From the NCBI GenBank assembly GCA_964188305.1, contig OZ076890.1: a DNA stretch of 64,000 nt; one strand, given 5' to 3'. This DNA comes from Podarcis bocagei (Eukaryota). A program made the position numbers and the translations under genes. The notes under the pieces are model-generated. The model saw only the letters and a program-made list of their open reading frames with translations. It was not told the origin of the DNA and did not search any database. Positions 62,575 to 64,000 of the stretch are shown one piece after another. Positions within the stretch are counted from its first letter, which is position 1. Every line of letters begins with the position of its first letter.

Positions 62575-63430
62575 AGAGTCATAGAGCTGGAGGTGGTCTT
62601 GCAGGCAATTTAGTCCAACACCATTCTACTCAATGCGGAAATAGAGTTAGAGCATCTCTGATGCCTCTGCTCCCAGGAAGTGAGAGCCCTAAAAGTCCAA
62701 CTGTTATTACCATTAAGAAACTTCTCCTAATGTTCAGCCCAAATCCACCACCATTAAGTTCATTAGATCTACTCTTGCCTCCAGAGCAGCAGAGAACAAG
62801 CCTTTGCTCTCTTCTACGAGACAGCCCTTCAGCACTTTGAGAGTGCTAACTTAACTGTATCTCTGTCTTTTTTCCAGGATAAAATATACCCAGTTCCCAG
62901 TGTGCTGTAGTGGTTAAGAGCGGTAGACTCGTAATCTGGTGAACCGGGTTCGCATCTCCGCTCCTCCACATGCAGCTGCTGGGTGACCTTGGGCTAGTCA
63001 CACTTCTCTGAAGTCTCTCAGCCCCACTCACCTCACAGAGTGTGTGTTGTGGGGGAGGAAGGGAAAGGAGAATGTTAGCTGCTTTGAGACTCCTTCAGGT
63101 AGTGATAAAGCGAGATATCAAATCCAACCTCCTCCTCCTCGTCTTCTTCTTCTTTAAGCTATCTTCATAAGAATTGTTTTGCATACCCTTGACCATCTTC
63201 ATTGTCTTTCTTTGAATCTGTTCTAATTTGTCTGTAGCTTTCTTAAGTGCTGCACCCAGCACTGGGCATAATATTCCAAAAGATCCAGCCAATGTGGAAT
63301 AAAGTGGAACTACTGCATCTCATGACTTGGAAAATTTGGTTCTGTTAATACAGCCTAAATAAACTCTCACTACCCTTCTTTGCAGCCACACAACACTTGC
63401 TGATTCATGGTTCAGCTTGTGAAGTCCTGA
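62575..63430 (-). mobile_element. Degenerate CR1 fragment interrupted by a SINE
   Basis: KLEQIQRKTMKMVKGMQNNSYED in ORF 63095..63292; CR1-type 3' end near 62575. Confidence 0.75.
62896..63153 (+). mobile_element. tRNA-derived SINE (Squam2-like)
   Basis: A-box-like GTAGTGGTTAAG, B-box-like GGTTCGCATCT, body GGGTGACCTTGGGCTAGTCAC, (CTT/CCT)n tail. Confidence 0.8.
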
Positions 63431-64000
63431 GGTCCAAAGATTCCCATATACAACTGCCAGTGCTAATTTTTTTTTAGAAAAAGAGATGCCATAACACACC
63501 ATGAACACCTCCCTCGTTCTCTTAGAATGGCAATGGTGCCCACCTGAGAGTTCCAGCGAGTGCCGGCTGGAAAACAACCCCTGACAACTGCCGAGCCAGG
63601 TATCCTCATGTAAAAAGCAAGTACAACTATATTTTAGCTTAAAATAAAAGTTGGTCTTGCTACAATGGACACATTTGTTTGTTTGCCACAGTGCAATAAA
63701 GAAGATAAACATGCTGGTAATTTGATAAATAACCTCATAGTTTGCACACACCAGTGGTTTTATATGTTTTGCTTGCAAACATGGGCAAAGAGTCTTGTGG
63801 CATCAGCAGTGGCAGCTGTCCCTCATCACCACTGCTGGTTTCACTCATATTTTTTTTTACCTCTTTACTACTGTTCATTTTGATTTTTAAAACAGCTTTC
63901 ATGCCTTCTATAAATAGGAGTGAAACGTCAGCATGACTCAGAATGCTGAAACATCTTTCATTTGTGATTCAGGGCAATTTAGCCTACAGAGGTTCCACTG

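Noticed and set aside
53407-64000. PDXK exon 1 and promoter
   Set aside because: No RVLSIQSHV-type sequence or CpG island found; presumably beyond position 64000.

Overview
Vertebrate genomic DNA. The repeat families (Squam2/Squam3-type SINEs, BovB, L2, CR1, hAT and Tc-mariner MITEs) suggest a squamate, probably a lacertid lizard (inference). The one clear host gene is pyridoxal kinase (PDXK) on the minus strand: exons 2-11 lie between 33141 and 53406, all GT-AG and in phase, and exon 1 appears to lie beyond the right edge. At 14244-21575 is a full-length, very young LINE-1 with a 27-bp target-site duplication. Its ORF2 would be an intact 1245-aa protein except that a 1.34-kb Tc2-type non-autonomous DNA transposon sits between the endonuclease and RT parts; that insert carries five perfect 61-bp units, each with an NF-kB consensus site. 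The left ~9 kb holds scattered, frameshifted fragments that read like cadherin repeats, possibly a decayed cadherin-family gene convergent with PDXK. PDXK introns contain a Penelope-like inverted-repeat insertion with a decayed hammerhead core and an inverted duplication of a MITE plus one flank. No CRISPR, rRNA or true tRNA genes were found, and I see no firm evidence of a wholly new biological system.
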